A DNA stretch of 62,785 bases, counting the filler, from Globobulimina sp. (Eukaryota): assembly GCA_003354225.1 (NCBI GenBank). It is 32 parts of 32 records of this genome, joined end to end, with 100 filler letters (N's around TTAATTAATTAA, not from the genome) between each part and the next. Parts side by side here need not be neighbours in the genome. Positions count along the whole stretch, not along the records: positions 23,601 to 25,466 come from PIVH01011093.1; positions 25,567 to 27,432 come from PIVH01011094.1; positions 27,533 to 29,397 come from PIVH01011095.1; positions 29,498 to 31,362 come from PIVH01011096.1; positions 31,463 to 33,327 come from PIVH01011097.1; positions 33,428 to 35,292 come from PIVH01011098.1; positions 35,393 to 37,257 come from PIVH01011099.1; 25 more parts are not named here. One strand, written 5' to 3'. The notes under the pieces were generated by a model, which saw only the letters and a list, made by a program, of their open reading frames with translations, was not told where the DNA came from and ran no database searches. A program made the translations under genes and the position numbers. The stretch's first letter is position 1. Each line of letters opens with the position of its first letter. Of the stretch, positions 24,139 to 36,386 are shown piece by piece.

Positions 24139-25086
24139 ATGAGCAGTAAAGACTATTATAAAACACTTGATGTGCCACGCAACTCTACACCAGAACAAAT
24201 AAAAAAGGCGTATCGCAAAAAGGCACTGAAATGGCATCCAGACCGTAACCCAGACAATAAACAAGAATCAGAAAGAATATTTAAGGAAATCAGCGAAGCC
24301 TATTCAGTCTTAAGTGATGACAAAAAGCGCAAAACCTACGATCAATTTGGCGAAAATGGATTAAAATCTAACTTCTCCGGCGACCATTTCACATTTAATA
24401 ACGCAGAGGATATATTTAAACAATTTTTCGGTGGTAGCAATCCGTGGGAGGATGTGTTCAAAAATGCAAGTTTCGGCCCCTCCAATTTTGGTTCAACTTT
24501 TGGTACGAATTTTGGTTCAAATTTTAACTTTCAATCGCCACCAAAGAAAGGAGCCATTATCAAACATCCACTTAAATGTTCATTAGAAGAATTATTTTCG
24601 GGCAGTACCAAATCAATGAAAGTAACGCGTCGCAAATTAAATGTCGACGGTACCACCAGATCCGAAGAGAAAATATTACGAATTGAAGTGAAATGCGGCT
24701 GGAAAGCGGGTACCACCATTACGTACGAACGAGAAGGTGATGAAAAGCCGGGTGTTATACCGGCGGATATTCAGTTTGTTGTTGAGGAAAAAAAACATGA
24801 TATATATCAACGCGATGGCAATGATTTAATTATTGTGCAAAATGTTACATTGAAGAAGGCCTTGTTAGGATTTAATATGAATGTGAAAACTTTAGATAAT
24901 AGGAATTTATTCATCGCAATCAATACCATTGTACATCCACAGTACATTCATACGGTGAAAAATGAGGGAATGCCTATCTCGAAAAGCAACGGCCGACGGA
25001 AAGGTGATTTACAAATAAAGTTTAATATTTCATTTCCAAATTCGTTAAATCAACAACAAAAAAATGCTATTGAGCAATATTTATAA
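24139..25086 (+). CDS. Class B J-domain protein (DNAJB1/4/5, Sis1-like), intronless
   Basis: J domain with KWHPD, G/F region, C-terminal SLEELF.G, GWKAGT, EGMP, KGDL. Confidence 0.95.
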   Translation: MSSKDYYKTLDVPRNSTPEQIKKAYRKKALKWHPDRNPDNKQESERIFKEISEAYSVLSDDKKRKTYDQFGENGLKSNFSGDHFTFNNAEDIFKQFFGGSNPWEDVFKNASFGPSNFGSTFGTNFGSNFNFQSPPKKGAIIKHPLKCSLEELFSGSTKSMKVTRRKLNVDGTTRSEEKILRIEVKCGWKAGTTITYEREGDEKPGVIPADIQFVVEEKKHDIYQRDGNDLIIVQNVTLKKALLGFNMNVKTLDNRNLFIAINTIVHPQYIHTVKNEGMPISKSNGRRKGDLQIKFNISFPNSLNQQQKNAIEQYL

Positions 25087-25189
25087 TTTCAATTGTTTTG
25101 TTAACTTTTGCTTTGCTTTTTTAAGTATTTAAATTTCAAAAACTTTTCACATCAAAAAACATTTTACAGCAAAACATAGGAAAGGCATA

Positions 25190-25466
25190 ATGATGTCTCC
25201 ATCACTTTCACACAGATACTCGATAAACGCAAGTATCTCCCTCATGTCTATGAAACATGGGAAACCAATGTTCACTCAGAGAGGTGGATACATTGCATTT
25301 ATAGGATTATTATTCCAAATTTCATTGGGGCTATTATGGACGTACGGTAATGTTTTACCATATATTGCTTCATATATGGCCTATCACAATTCATCTCATC
25401 CAGTGTCTACCGCTGATTATAATAATTATACATCAATTACAAACTATTCGTTTTTTTTATTATTCA
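25190..25466 (+). CDS. MFS transporter, OFA/MCT-like (5' fragment), paralog B
   Basis: GGYIAFIGLLFQISLGLLWTYGNVLPYIASY, highly similar to 23601..23950. Confidence 0.65.
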
Positions 25467-25898
25467 NNNNNNNNNNNNNNNNNNNNNNNNNNNNNNNNNN
25501 NNNNNNNNNNTTAATTAATTAANNNNNNNNNNNNNNNNNNNNNNNNNNNNNNNNNNNNNNNNNNNNCAAGGAAAAAATTAAAATCCAAAGTCACATGTTT
25601 TTGGTGTTATGAATTGGCGAAGAGAAAGGGATTGGATCCGGTGGAGTTAATAAAAGAAAACAAATTTGAGAAAATTGAGTGGATATTTCATTGCCCGATT
25701 GATCCGTTAAGCGGGACCTTGTGTTGTCCAGAATTATTGGCTGACTCCAAAATTGTATCTTAATTTGACTGCCTAAATTACGTTGTATCTTATTATCTAA
25801 TCGGTTGTGCCTTTAACTTAATAAAGTAAATTGTATCTTTTTTCCAAATATATTGAAAATAAACTATTTAAATTACATTGCGCCTTATCATAGGCGGC

Positions 25899-27215
25899 CT
25901 AATCGGTTTTGTACGTATTTAACTTAACAATCAAATCAATTTCATTTGAAGCAAGCCATTGTGTTTCATTTACGTGCTTAAACATTATCGGCTTTGTCTT
26001 GAAATGTTGATTCCATTCAAACATTTGTTTCACAGAAAACGGTCCATGTTTTTGTTTATTTTTATCGTTTTGCCAGTAATATTCCCATAGCATACCACCT
26101 TTATCTGTCTCCTCATTTTCATCTGAAAAGTCATCCAACATTGCATTCAATTTCTCTTTTTCCATTTGCATATATTTGGTTCTCTGTATTGCTTCGCGCT
26201 GTTTCCTGCGAAATAACTCTCCATCTTCCACCACTTTGATCCGCGCAATCAATGAATTCCGAGTTTGTTCGTAAATATTATGGTCCCCATTGGCAAAAAG
26301 CATAGTGGCTTTTTCTGAAAATAGCTCGAATTTGCGTTTACATCCTAACAATTCCCGTTCACTCAATACATTATTTCCATTCGTACCCTCTTCATTTTCC
26401 TCATCCGACGCAATCTCCCATGCTCGTTTACGTTTTCTTTTCTTTTTTTTAATGTTTGCATTCTCATAAATGTTTTTGCTTTGATTCGTATTAAGTTTGC
26501 GTTTCTTTATAGCTCTATTCTTAATATTGCTATTTTTGATGCTTTCCGACAACGTTTGCATGGATTTGCTGATAGTTTGTGTATTATTTGTGAATAATGG
26601 CAACAATGATTGCCATTCATTTAATAAATTAATGTCAGTCTCTGCACTTTCAAACAGCTCATAGTCGCGTTTGTGTTTTTTGATAGTTTCGGCACTTAAT
26701 TCGTATTTTTTCTTGTACGATTTCTTGTTTTTTTGCTTTTCTTCGTCCATTAACACATAAAATTCATCGTCTGTTTGTTTGTCTGTTTTGTGATAATTTA
26801 GAAATTGATCAAAATATCCTTCGCCGCGCTCTTGCCGCAAATTAAAAGGTTCCATCTTTTCCTCTCCATGTTCTTGGTTATACTCTTTGGATTCAACTAA
26901 ATATAACATATAAAATGAAATCCTCGCACCGTATTTATAAAAGAATTATAATGTAACTCTCTTCTTGAACCACACAGCCACTGTTATCGATATTGTTTTT
27001 GTTCGCAAACAAATTATTAAAATTGTGCTTGAATTGTTGTTGTAAATGTTTCTCATTTTCGTCCAACTCATCACCAGAATCGTCCAGTTCTTTTATGCGT
27101 GCTGGTGCCCTTTGTTTAGGGTTTAAGTCATAGTCTTCGTCGTATTCTTCTGCTTCGTCATTGTATGTTGGTGCAGTCAAGTTTGTATTTGGTGGTGACG
27201 TGTACGTATTGTTAG
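25899..27215 (-). CDS. CD2BP2: CD2BP2/Lin1 (U5-52K)-like protein with C-terminal GYF domain, intron 26897..26957; 5' end overlaid by an internal duplication
   Basis: MEPFNLRQERGEGYFD signature and GYF-like LWEYYW...HGPFSVKQMFEW. Confidence 0.75.
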
Positions 27216-27432
27216 TGCTATTGTTGATGCTTTCCGACAACGTTTGCATGGATTTGCTGATAGTTTGCGTATTATTTGTGAATAATGGCAACAATGATTG
27301 CCATTCATTTAATAAATTAATGTCAGTCTCTGCACTTTCAATCATCTCATAGTCGCGTTTGTGTTTTTTGATAGTTTCGGCACTTAATTCGTATTTTTTC
27401 TTGTACGATTTCTTGTTTTTTTGCTTTTCTTC
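27216..27432. repeat. Direct duplicate of 26528..26744 (about 215 nt, few mismatches)
   Basis: Near-identical sequence 688 nt apart, running into the contig end. Confidence 0.9.
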
Positions 27433-27535
27433 NNNNNNNNNNNNNNNNNNNNNNNNNNNNNNNNNNNNNNNNNNNNTTAATTAATTAANNNNNNNNNNNN
27501 NNNNNNNNNNNNNNNNNNNNNNNNNNNNNNNNTGA

Positions 27536-28315
27536 TTGGATAAAATATATATTTTAGTACTAATATGCGTACCTCTTATCGGGAACACTACTGTAGTCGA
27601 ATTCAATGTGGATAAAGTTCAATGTGCTGCAATATCTCCAACGATTTCCAACTCGACGGGCGATTATTACACGATGACAAATAATGGGGTTTTGTATAAA
27701 CAAATCGAGTGCAGCAATTTATCCGGATGGCGAAGTTTAATTATGGCGAAGTTTAATATTTTGTGGTTTGTTTATTTTTTCCTGTCATTAAAACAGATTT
27801 ATTTGATTAATTGCAATTTACCAGAATATATTGCAATATTTAGTAAATTTACCAAACTTACACATTTATATTTGAATATGGGAGAAGTATATGAATGTGA
27901 TCAAATTTTACAACATCTTAAAACAAATAATTTACAATTATTGCATATTACTGTCAGCTCATAACACCTGAACGTAGCTATTTTTTTGGGTTAAACACAG
28001 TTTTAGAATCAAATAAATATACACTTAAAAGTTTAACCACATATTATTATCCTAAGAGCAATTTCTAAAAAGTTTATAAATGAGCAATTTCTAAAAAATT
28101 TAAATGATACTGTTATGGATAGTTGGAGTGGTTTTGATGTTCATGTAAATGCAAAATTAGATGAAAATTTGTATACAAATCAAAATAAAATTTATGAATT
28201 ATTAGAAGATTGGAATGGATTAAAAGAATATAACTTAGGTGGATTATTACCGCAACATACATTCTTTGGGAGTGAAAATCTTCCACCAAATGATAATCAT
28301 ATTGAATTATTTTAA
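27536..28315 (+). pseudogene. Fragmented LRR/F-box-like coding remnant
   Basis: LRR-like LKQIYLINC, LTHLYLNM and LQLLHI in broken frames. Confidence 0.3.
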
Positions 28316-28381
28316 ATCAAACGAAACCAACACCAATGTGTGCGGTGAAAAGGAGACAAAAGAACAAACTGGCAAAACCAA

Positions 28382-29236
28382 TTACAATTTAACTCGGAGC
28401 TGTGATCTGGATGCAATTATTCCGAATAAAGCAGATGCTCCAAACACAATATCTCTATACTTTGGATCTACGTTTAGCTTAATCAAACTCCATTTCAGCC
28501 AACTATAATCCAGGAACAAAAATATAAACACAAAAAAATACACAACTGAAAGAGATTTGATTCTCTTTGAAAGTATTTGTTCGCTTTGTAGTGCGGTGAC
28601 ATTATACCTTTCTATTAAACAAATGGTTGGTATCCTTTGAAATATTTGTAATATAAGTGCTAATGCAATAATAATATTTGATAATTTCTTTCTGTATCTA
28701 TTTGATTTAAAAGTGGATCTTTGTAACAATCTGTAAATAGTCCAGAGACATGAAACAGATCCCATTGTTACTGCAGCAACAACGGAAGCAGCTACTCTCA
28801 TCTTCTGATTTAATCCATAAGCAACTAACAGAACTGCAGCAAAGTGGTGAAGAATGGCTGTTTTGTCTGGTCTTGATTTTGTAATCTCTTGAAGAAAATC
28901 AAATATTTCAAAACATAATTGTTGTTGTACGATAGCACGTGTTTCTAAAGTTTGTTCTTCCTTATAATTGAATATTTGTTTATTATCAATTAATCTTTTT
29001 AATTCTTTAATACAACAGACAGTTTGATAAAATTGAATTGAAGCCTTGAAGGTCTCTATTATTTGGGTTCTCTTCGATCGCATGTTGTTTGTATGCGGTT
29101 TGTATTGGTAAATATAGATAATCATAGAAATAATTGTCACTCATAATTCATAATCTGATAAGCATACAACCTGGATCTGCAGTTGCAATTTGATTCGAAA
29201 AAGAATGCTCCAAAAATGCTCAAAGAAAAACTTCAT
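28382..29236 (-). CDS. TLC-domain-like membrane protein; in-frame TGA at 29141..29143 downstream of the likely ATG (29236)
   Basis: FEIFDF...ILHHFAA motif and several TM helices. Confidence 0.4.
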
Positions 29237-29497
29237 GCTTTTTTGTCTTTAGCACAGTTCACTACCAAATGAAATAATCGATTTAGCGACAGAATTGTGT
29301 TCCTTTTTTTTGGCCAGCTTTTTTGCACTGTGGTGAACAAAACTTAGCCATTTTATGTTATGTCAATGATAACCAATGATAGTTATACCATCACCCANNN
29401 NNNNNNNNNNNNNNNNNNNNNNNNNNNNNNNNNNNNNNNNNTTAATTAATTAANNNNNNNNNNNNNNNNNNNNNNNNNNNNNNNNNNNNNNNNNNNN

Positions 29498-30110
29498 GAC
29501 TGCTGTTGCTATTGCACCGACACTGATATTTATGAGAGACACTCCGATGGACAGAGGGCTGCCGCCGGTCGAAGATGGCGATGACAATGTTTATGCAAAC
29601 AAACAGAAACACATTGCACAGCGGAATGAGAAACACCTTTATGACTCGAATAAAAACGAAGATGCAATGTGTGGCACAGCAATGAGAGCATTGAGTGTAG
29701 TCTCGATTCGCGAACAGGAAATAAGCACTTTAGCGGTCACATTTGGTTTACGTTTGTATGGACCGTATTCTTTAATGAGTGGTGTTTTGGCAGTGGACAT
29801 TGGCGGACAGACATCGAGTGGAATGGTGTCTGGATTTATATCTGCCGCAGGATATTCTGCGGGGATTGTGGTTGGATTCATTCATTCTCAATTTAGTTAT
29901 AAAATAATGTGGTTTATATCGACGTGCTGTTCTGGCTGCATTGTCCTGATTGGCATTGTGCTGTTCATTTATAATAAAAGGTTGCATGCCAGGCAACAAC
30001 TGTTGAAACTAATGATCGAATTAAAGGTCCATATATTTAAATTAAATTCCAAAAACTTACTCCAAAAACTTGTTAAATGGTACTTAGTTAATACACAGCA
30101 CCTTCAATAA
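29498..30110 (+). pseudogene. OPA-family (GlpT/UhpC/SLC37-like) MFS transporter, C-terminal part with apparent internal deletion
   Basis: DTP.DRGLPPVE central loop is followed almost directly by LYGPYSLMSGVLAVDIGG..SGMVSGFISAAGY; the intervening helices appear absent. Confidence 0.55.
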
Positions 30111-30226
30111 CTTTCCAACATACTCTCTCTTTCCAATAACAATGACAGGCACTCGACATAATCGAATCACTCCTATCGGGTTTAGATGAAAAGAAAGCGG
30201 AGCCAGCGCTAAACGTCCGTTTTGCG

Positions 30227-31241
30227 GTGAAAAAATTAAATATTGATGGATTATGTGCAGCTGTTTATAGCCCATTCAATGCTCTGCGACAAATAAATAC
30301 GTCCATCATAGCTCAACAGGCGGAATATTTGTACAAAACAGGAGTTCGATCGGTATTTGTAGCGGGCACAACTGGTGAATCAATGGCATTGACTCTGAAT
30401 GAAAAGAAACAAATATTAAAAGCATGGATAGACATTGCACCCAAATATAGATTTACTGTAATATTCCATGTTGGGAGCAATGTATGGCATTACATGCATT
30501 CATACACACAGCTCGTCTGCAGAATATATAATAACACATACACAGTGCCTAAAAGACTCCTGCGAGCTGGCAATATATGGCGAGTCGATTGGCGTTGACG
30601 CAGTGGCATTGGTGCCACCATTCTATGTCAAACCAGCATGCATTGAGTCGTTGGTGTTATGTATTAAACAAATTGCTGACTGCGTGCCATTGCTACCCAT
30701 CTATTATTATCATGTCCCTTCAATGACTGGTGTTGATTTATCAATGTATGCTTTCTTAGTTGCGGCTGATTCTATCATTCCAAATTTAGTTGGTATAAAA
30801 TATACGGGTTTGTACCAAAACTTATCCTTTCCTGTTTTGCAAAAGATTTTAGATTATAAAAACGGAGAGAGATACGAAGTCATGACAGGTAGAGATGAAA
30901 TGTTGTTGCAATGTTTGTTGTGTGGTGTTGCTGGTTTTGTTGGCTCGCAATATAATTTTGTAGGAAAGCTATATAATGCCATTATTAAACAATACAATAA
31001 AGGGAATATTAAGGAAGCACAGCACTTGCAATTAAAAGCAATATCTTTGCTTGAGATACAAATGGAAAATGTTGGAAAGAATAAGAATGTGGGGAAATAT
31101 ATTATGAATTTACTTGGTGTTAAGACTGGTGAGCCGAGACTGCCATTTTTATCATTGACTGAAAAGGAAAAGGTGTCTGTACAAAATGCGTTGAAGGAAT
31201 GGTGTAAAGATACACGATGCGCATTTATAACATTTAAATAG
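30227..31241 (+). CDS. NPL: N-acetylneuraminate lyase (DHDPS/NAL family), intron 30482..30545; start uncertain
   Basis: GTTGES, HVGS, YYYHVPSMTGV, Schiff-base GIKYT, GRDE, VGSQYN. Confidence 0.85.
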
Positions 31242-31868
31242 TGATCTTTGTTTGTGTATAATCAATAAATATATAAATGGAGGTAGAGTCAGAGCGAAAA
31301 TAAGCTCCTTACAAACGCGGACCAGAAACACAAAAAAAAATATATTATAAATATGAAAAGAGNNNNNNNNNNNNNNNNNNNNNNNNNNNNNNNNNNNNNN
31401 NNNNNNTTAATTAATTAANNNNNNNNNNNNNNNNNNNNNNNNNNNNNNNNNNNNNNNNNNNNTTGGTGATAATTTGTATACAATGTATGTAAATATGGAT
31501 AAATACTCCTTTCCCACTGACATCATGGAGGCCTGACCGGGTACTCGGAAAACAAGTCATTTCGCCATACGATATTGTATGAGAAACGTCTGTCTTGTTG
31601 TGTACATAAATAATATTAATATGATGATATTGATGAATATGATAATTATGTACGTGATATTAATTTGGATATTAATATAGCAATATTGATAAATATGTGT
31701 ATTTTGTTTCTGTTTGATATATAACAGAGTGACTATGGATTGACTACCGAGTGACTAGAGAGCGGTTAGAGGTTATTATATGTGGTGTATTCTTGTGGTG
31801 ACTTTTGGTGTCATGGAGTTGTTTGTTTTTGAGGGGCACGAACTTTATTTTAGTTGAAGTGAAAAAAA

Positions 31869-33275
31869 GTGAAAACAAAAACTGTTGTTTGGGTTTGCTT
31901 TTTGGGTTTGTATCAACGAATTTTGTATGTTGAATATATAGTTAGATGCAAGCAATATAATCATCCAATATGGTCCAAAGTAAATCCAATTTACAAAGAA
32001 TTATTGTTTATGGCGCTGAATGGTGGTGTCAAGGAATCGACGGAATCTACGTATGTTAAGAATTTTTTATATTATTGGAAGACGATGAGGAAGTTTGGTT
32101 TATCGGATAAGGAGGTTTGGACGTTTCCAACCCCGGATGCGTTTTTGCAGCTATATACTATTCAATGTTGTATGGTGCAGAAAAGGGTAAATTGTTGGTC
32201 GACGATGAGATTGAAATACAGGTCGATTGATTTTGTAGCGCAATTATGTGGGAAACATCAATCTTGGTCAGATAATCCGGCATTATATGCCTTAACGAAG
32301 TATGTTAAGAAGACAAATCCGGGAAAGGGGTCAGATACTTTGCCCGTGACAGCAGATATTTTATTGCAAATAATAACATATATTTTAATGTTTAATGTAT
32401 ATAATAATTTAATATTAACGGACCATGAGAAGAAACTAAAAGCGCAATGGTTATCATTTAAGAAGATCTGGGATGATAAAAAGCGTCTATTTTGGTATAT
32501 GTTTGCAATCTCCTTATTATTTGTAGGGATCCTGGGGCTAAGAGGGGCTGAGTGCTATGAGAATAGTAATAAGGCATATATTGGTTATGGTATATATCTT
32601 TCGGACTTGGATTTCTTTTGGATAGATGATGAGGGAAGGACTGTTAATTCAATTTATCAAAGTAATGCGTACTCCCTTGCGCTGGATAAATTGCATCATC
32701 TTCGGATTAGACTAAGAAATTCCAAGGGAAAAACCAAAGGGAAGGACGTGATGCTAAGGATTGGGAGAACGAATAATAAAATAGATCCGGTGGTGATAAT
32801 ATATCATATTTATAATACACAGAAAAGAGATCTCAAAAAGATCCATAAAAAAAGTTTGAATGGTTATTATTTATTCCAACCAATAAAAAGAAGTTTTAAA
32901 TTAAGAACGATTAAGAAATATTGGAAAAAGGTAATATTTGAGATGGGTTTTTGGGAGGCGGAGAGATATAGATTCCATGGATTGAGGAAAGGATTCGCAA
33001 CAACTCTCCAGCAGAAAGGTGTACCGCTGAGTTTGATAGCTTTTGCGGGAAGATGGAAGTTAACGGCTGCCATATATAGATATTTAATACATACACAGAG
33101 AGATTTAATATGTTTGGCAAATGTATTTATTTATGGTAAGAATAAAAATAGGATTGCTTTGGATATGGATGCGAACGAATGTGATTTGGTAAGGCATTTT
33201 AATGATAATCAGGAGCAGTTTGATATGGAGTTTATAAATGAATACCAATCAAAATTATGTGATTATGAATTATAG
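31869..33275 (+). mobile_element. Tyrosine recombinase of a DIRS/Ngaro- or Crypton-type element
   Basis: Catalytic set LGLRGAE (R), NSKGK (K), RFHGLRKGFAT (HxLR), AGRW and YRYL (Y); N-terminal ST..TY helix; intronless. Confidence 0.88.
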
Positions 33276-33427
33276 GGTTTGATTGGTGGGGGGAATTAAG
33301 TTGGTTGTAATTAATTGAATGAAATTANNNNNNNNNNNNNNNNNNNNNNNNNNNNNNNNNNNNNNNNNNNNTTAATTAATTAANNNNNNNNNNNNNNNNN
33401 NNNNNNNNNNNNNNNNNNNNNNNNNNN

Positions 33428-34093
33428 ATCAAAAACGATGCTGATGCAACAGAAGAAAAACTGGAGGCAAATGATGTAATAACAAACCAACAAAATATTG
33501 CAAACAGTAGAAAAAAAAACAAATGGAGGACAAAAGTAAAAACCAAAAAAGGAACCAAAGCTGCTGAGGCAGCAGAAGCATTTGAATATGCCGCAGCAAA
33601 AAGGAAAAGGAAAAGAAAGCCAACCAGAAAGCCAATGAAAAAGGCGACAGACAGACCATCAAAGGCAGTGAAAGCAGCGCAAGCCTTTGAAGCTGCAGAA
33701 GCAGCAAAAGCGGCAAAAGAAACAAAAGGAAAGCTAAGGCCAACAAAAATAGCAACACAATCAGAGGCGGAAACAGTTGGAGTGCCGGCATCCGATCGCG
33801 ACGAAGCAACATCACGAACAATGTTGAAGAAATCCATTTTTTTAAAACGTGGGACGTCTAAAATGAAATCCACGATGAAATTGACTCGGGACACATCCTG
33901 GGTGAAACATGAAAGCATAGAATCTCCAAAGTCTGCAAAATATGAATTTGACAGTTTTATGTTGAACCGCAAAGTAAGTAAATTGGGGAAAAATCTATTG
34001 GCTAAATATGATTCAGGGAAAAATGTTCATGTATTGGTTAATATAAATGAAGATTCGAGCAGCAGCGTCGTGACCAGTGACGAAGAATTTTAA
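33428..34093 (+). CDS. Lys/Ala-rich hypothetical protein (5'-partial)
   Basis: Open from the contig start, with repeated KAxxAAxAFExAxA; no recognised domain. Confidence 0.45.
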   Translation: MKNDADATEEKLEANDVITNQQNIANSRKKNKWRTKVKTKKGTKAAEAAEAFEYAAAKRKRKRKPTRKPMKKATDRPSKAVKAAQAFEAAEAAKAAKETKGKLRPTKIATQSEAETVGVPASDRDEATSRTMLKKSIFLKRGTSKMKSTMKLTRDTSWVKHESIESPKSAKYEFDSFMLNRKVSKLGKNLLAKYDSGKNVHVLVNINEDSSSSVVTSDEEF

Positions 34094-35535
34094 TCAAATG
34101 CGACTTGTTTTTGTATTCTAACATTGTAAAACTATTATTGTGCAAACCAAGCTCACAGTACGTGTTGTATTGTACTATCATGTCTCGATTTGCATAAAAA
34201 ATCAAATAAAAAACGTTGCTAAACTACATTCAAAAAAGTTTTGGGTTCGACTAGCTTCTTCTTCTTGAAAACTTAAGAAATCAATTTGTTTGGCATAGCT
34301 TTATTAGCTTATATACATTAATTCAATTACTATGGTCCACACAAACAACAAAAACGGCATACCAATGCATTCAATAATTTTTAATTAAAATTCCCCATGA
34401 AATGACAATATCTGCACATTGTTTATCCGATGGATTAGTTAATTATCTTTATCTGCGAATACAACAATAACAATCCAGACAATGCACACAAATGGGATAG
34501 CCATGGCGATCAGACAATGCACACAAATAAGCCCAGAATATAACAGGTTGCAATGGATGCAATAAGATGTGAGACACAGCCATAGAATATTAATAAAAAT
34601 CCATCCACTCCAAACTCAACCGCAGTTATTGATCGATATATTGCAGCCATTGTTGCTGTTAATTATAACAACTAAGCCTGCAATATCCGGGCCAAATATT
34701 AACGCAAAAATTAGCAATAATGGTATACAGCATATTATTATCAGCATTCTTTCCATCTCTTTCCATATTCTTTCCGTCCTTAAATTCCCTTTGTTTGGCT
34801 TGAATTAATTATGATATATCTGACATATATCAGATCCTTCCTTAGATCCTTAAATTCCTTTTCAGAAATTCCTTGAATTTGCTTTGTAACTGTTGTTCCC
34901 GTATTGATCGATCCGATCGGGTTACTTTCGATCGACTCAATACCTGTATTGATCACCATACCAAGAAATGTTTTGTTTTAAAACTATTGATAACTACTGT
35001 AATATCAATATATTACATAAATAGAAACTATGCGATCAATATAAACGTTGTAATTAATACAAATATTTCTGATATCGATTGGTTTGACTGTGTGTTTTTC
35101 TGTTTTGTTCGTTGGTTTTTGCGTGATGTGACGCAATGATTGGGATTTGAACCCAAATCTTCTTCAATACGATGCTTTTTTAAGTTATCATCACATTAAA
35201 TAATTTGTATGAATTAAGCGACTTCGTCGCTCATATTGCATAAATAAAACGTGTCATTTTCACACGTTTCAGTCATTAATATTTACTAAATANNNNNNNN
35301 NNNNNNNNNNNNNNNNNNNNNNNNNNNNNNNNNNNNTTAATTAATTAANNNNNNNNNNNNNNNNNNNNNNNNNNNNNNNNNNNNNNNNNNNNTGCATCAT
35401 CATCATCATCATCGAATGAGCCTACTTTTGAGATATGTTGCGTACTTCCACTGCCTTGCGTTAAGCCTTGTACTTCTGTTTCCATGATGCCAGTGGTGTG
35501 GATTTTAGCGAGTAGAGGTTTTTTAGTGTCTGACA

Positions 35536-36192
35536 ATGACTTCGTTGTCCTCAATATTGATACTAATTACTGTCCGGCTACGGGTTACATTGTCTGGATG
35601 TGGATGGTATGGGCCCTCATCCGCTAACATGACATCGCCGGAGATACCATTGGGAGTATGTGGCAATCATGGAATTGGAGAGTTGAGTGAATCAAAAGTT
35701 TATGTTTGTGATGAATCTGGCAATTTAAAACTGAAAATTTACGAGGGACATAATTGTGATGATTCAACAGCTCCATTAGTTTCTAGCATTGATTCAAAAG
35801 CATTGTATGATTGTGATGGCGGTGAATGTTATCCACATTTGGTATTTGAAACAAGATCGAGATGTTATGACTTTAAGTCTGGTGAGACAATACAATGTGT
35901 TTGCGCTGATTCCGATGTTGCGATATTAAATACAAATGTTTGTGTGGCACAAGGCGGCTCCTCATATATTGTGACATGTTCTGCAGAGAGAGTTATTTAT
36001 CAATATTTTACAGACAAACATTGTCAACAATCTATAGATGATAATATAGAAATTACTTACAACGGATGCAATGAAGATGATAAAGCAAGTTATGCCATTC
36101 ATTTGTGCAGTGCCTCAATAACAATTGCTGCATTTGCTCATTCCGCAGTCTTTTATAGTTTCTCAGCATTTGCAATCTTGTCTCTTTTTTGA
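35536..36192 (+). CDS. Secreted or GPI-anchored Cys-rich surface protein
   Basis: Signal-like N-terminus, many Cys, hydrophobic C-terminus. Confidence 0.6.
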   Translation: MTSLSSILILITVRLRVTLSGCGWYGPSSANMTSPEIPLGVCGNHGIGELSESKVYVCDESGNLKLKIYEGHNCDDSTAPLVSSIDSKALYDCDGGECYPHLVFETRSRCYDFKSGETIQCVCADSDVAILNTNVCVAQGGSSYIVTCSAERVIYQYFTDKHCQQSIDDNIEITYNGCNEDDKASYAIHLCSASITIAAFAHSAVFYSFSAFAILSLF

Positions 36193-36386
36193 ATGCATTT
36201 CACTGTTACTGCGCGGCAATCGATACGTTTTTGTGAAAATTTGTCATCAACGTTGAACCATGGCTCTTGACATAATTCTGACGGTCCCCTACCAATATTG
36301 TTTAATAACACTTGGGCCAATAGCAACATTCTGTATATTTGTAGTATTTATTCTGCAATTGTACCAAAATTAAAAAGCAAAAATCT

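Noticed and set aside
33376..33972. Hydrophobic minus-strand ORFs here and similar shadow ORFs (e.g. 10351..10602, 39875..40825, 62255..62644)
   Set aside because: They are antisense shadows of Lys/Glu/Gln-rich coding frames.
34300..35292. Scattered short ORFs suggesting a decayed membrane-protein gene
   Set aside because: No consistent frame or motif could be reconstructed.
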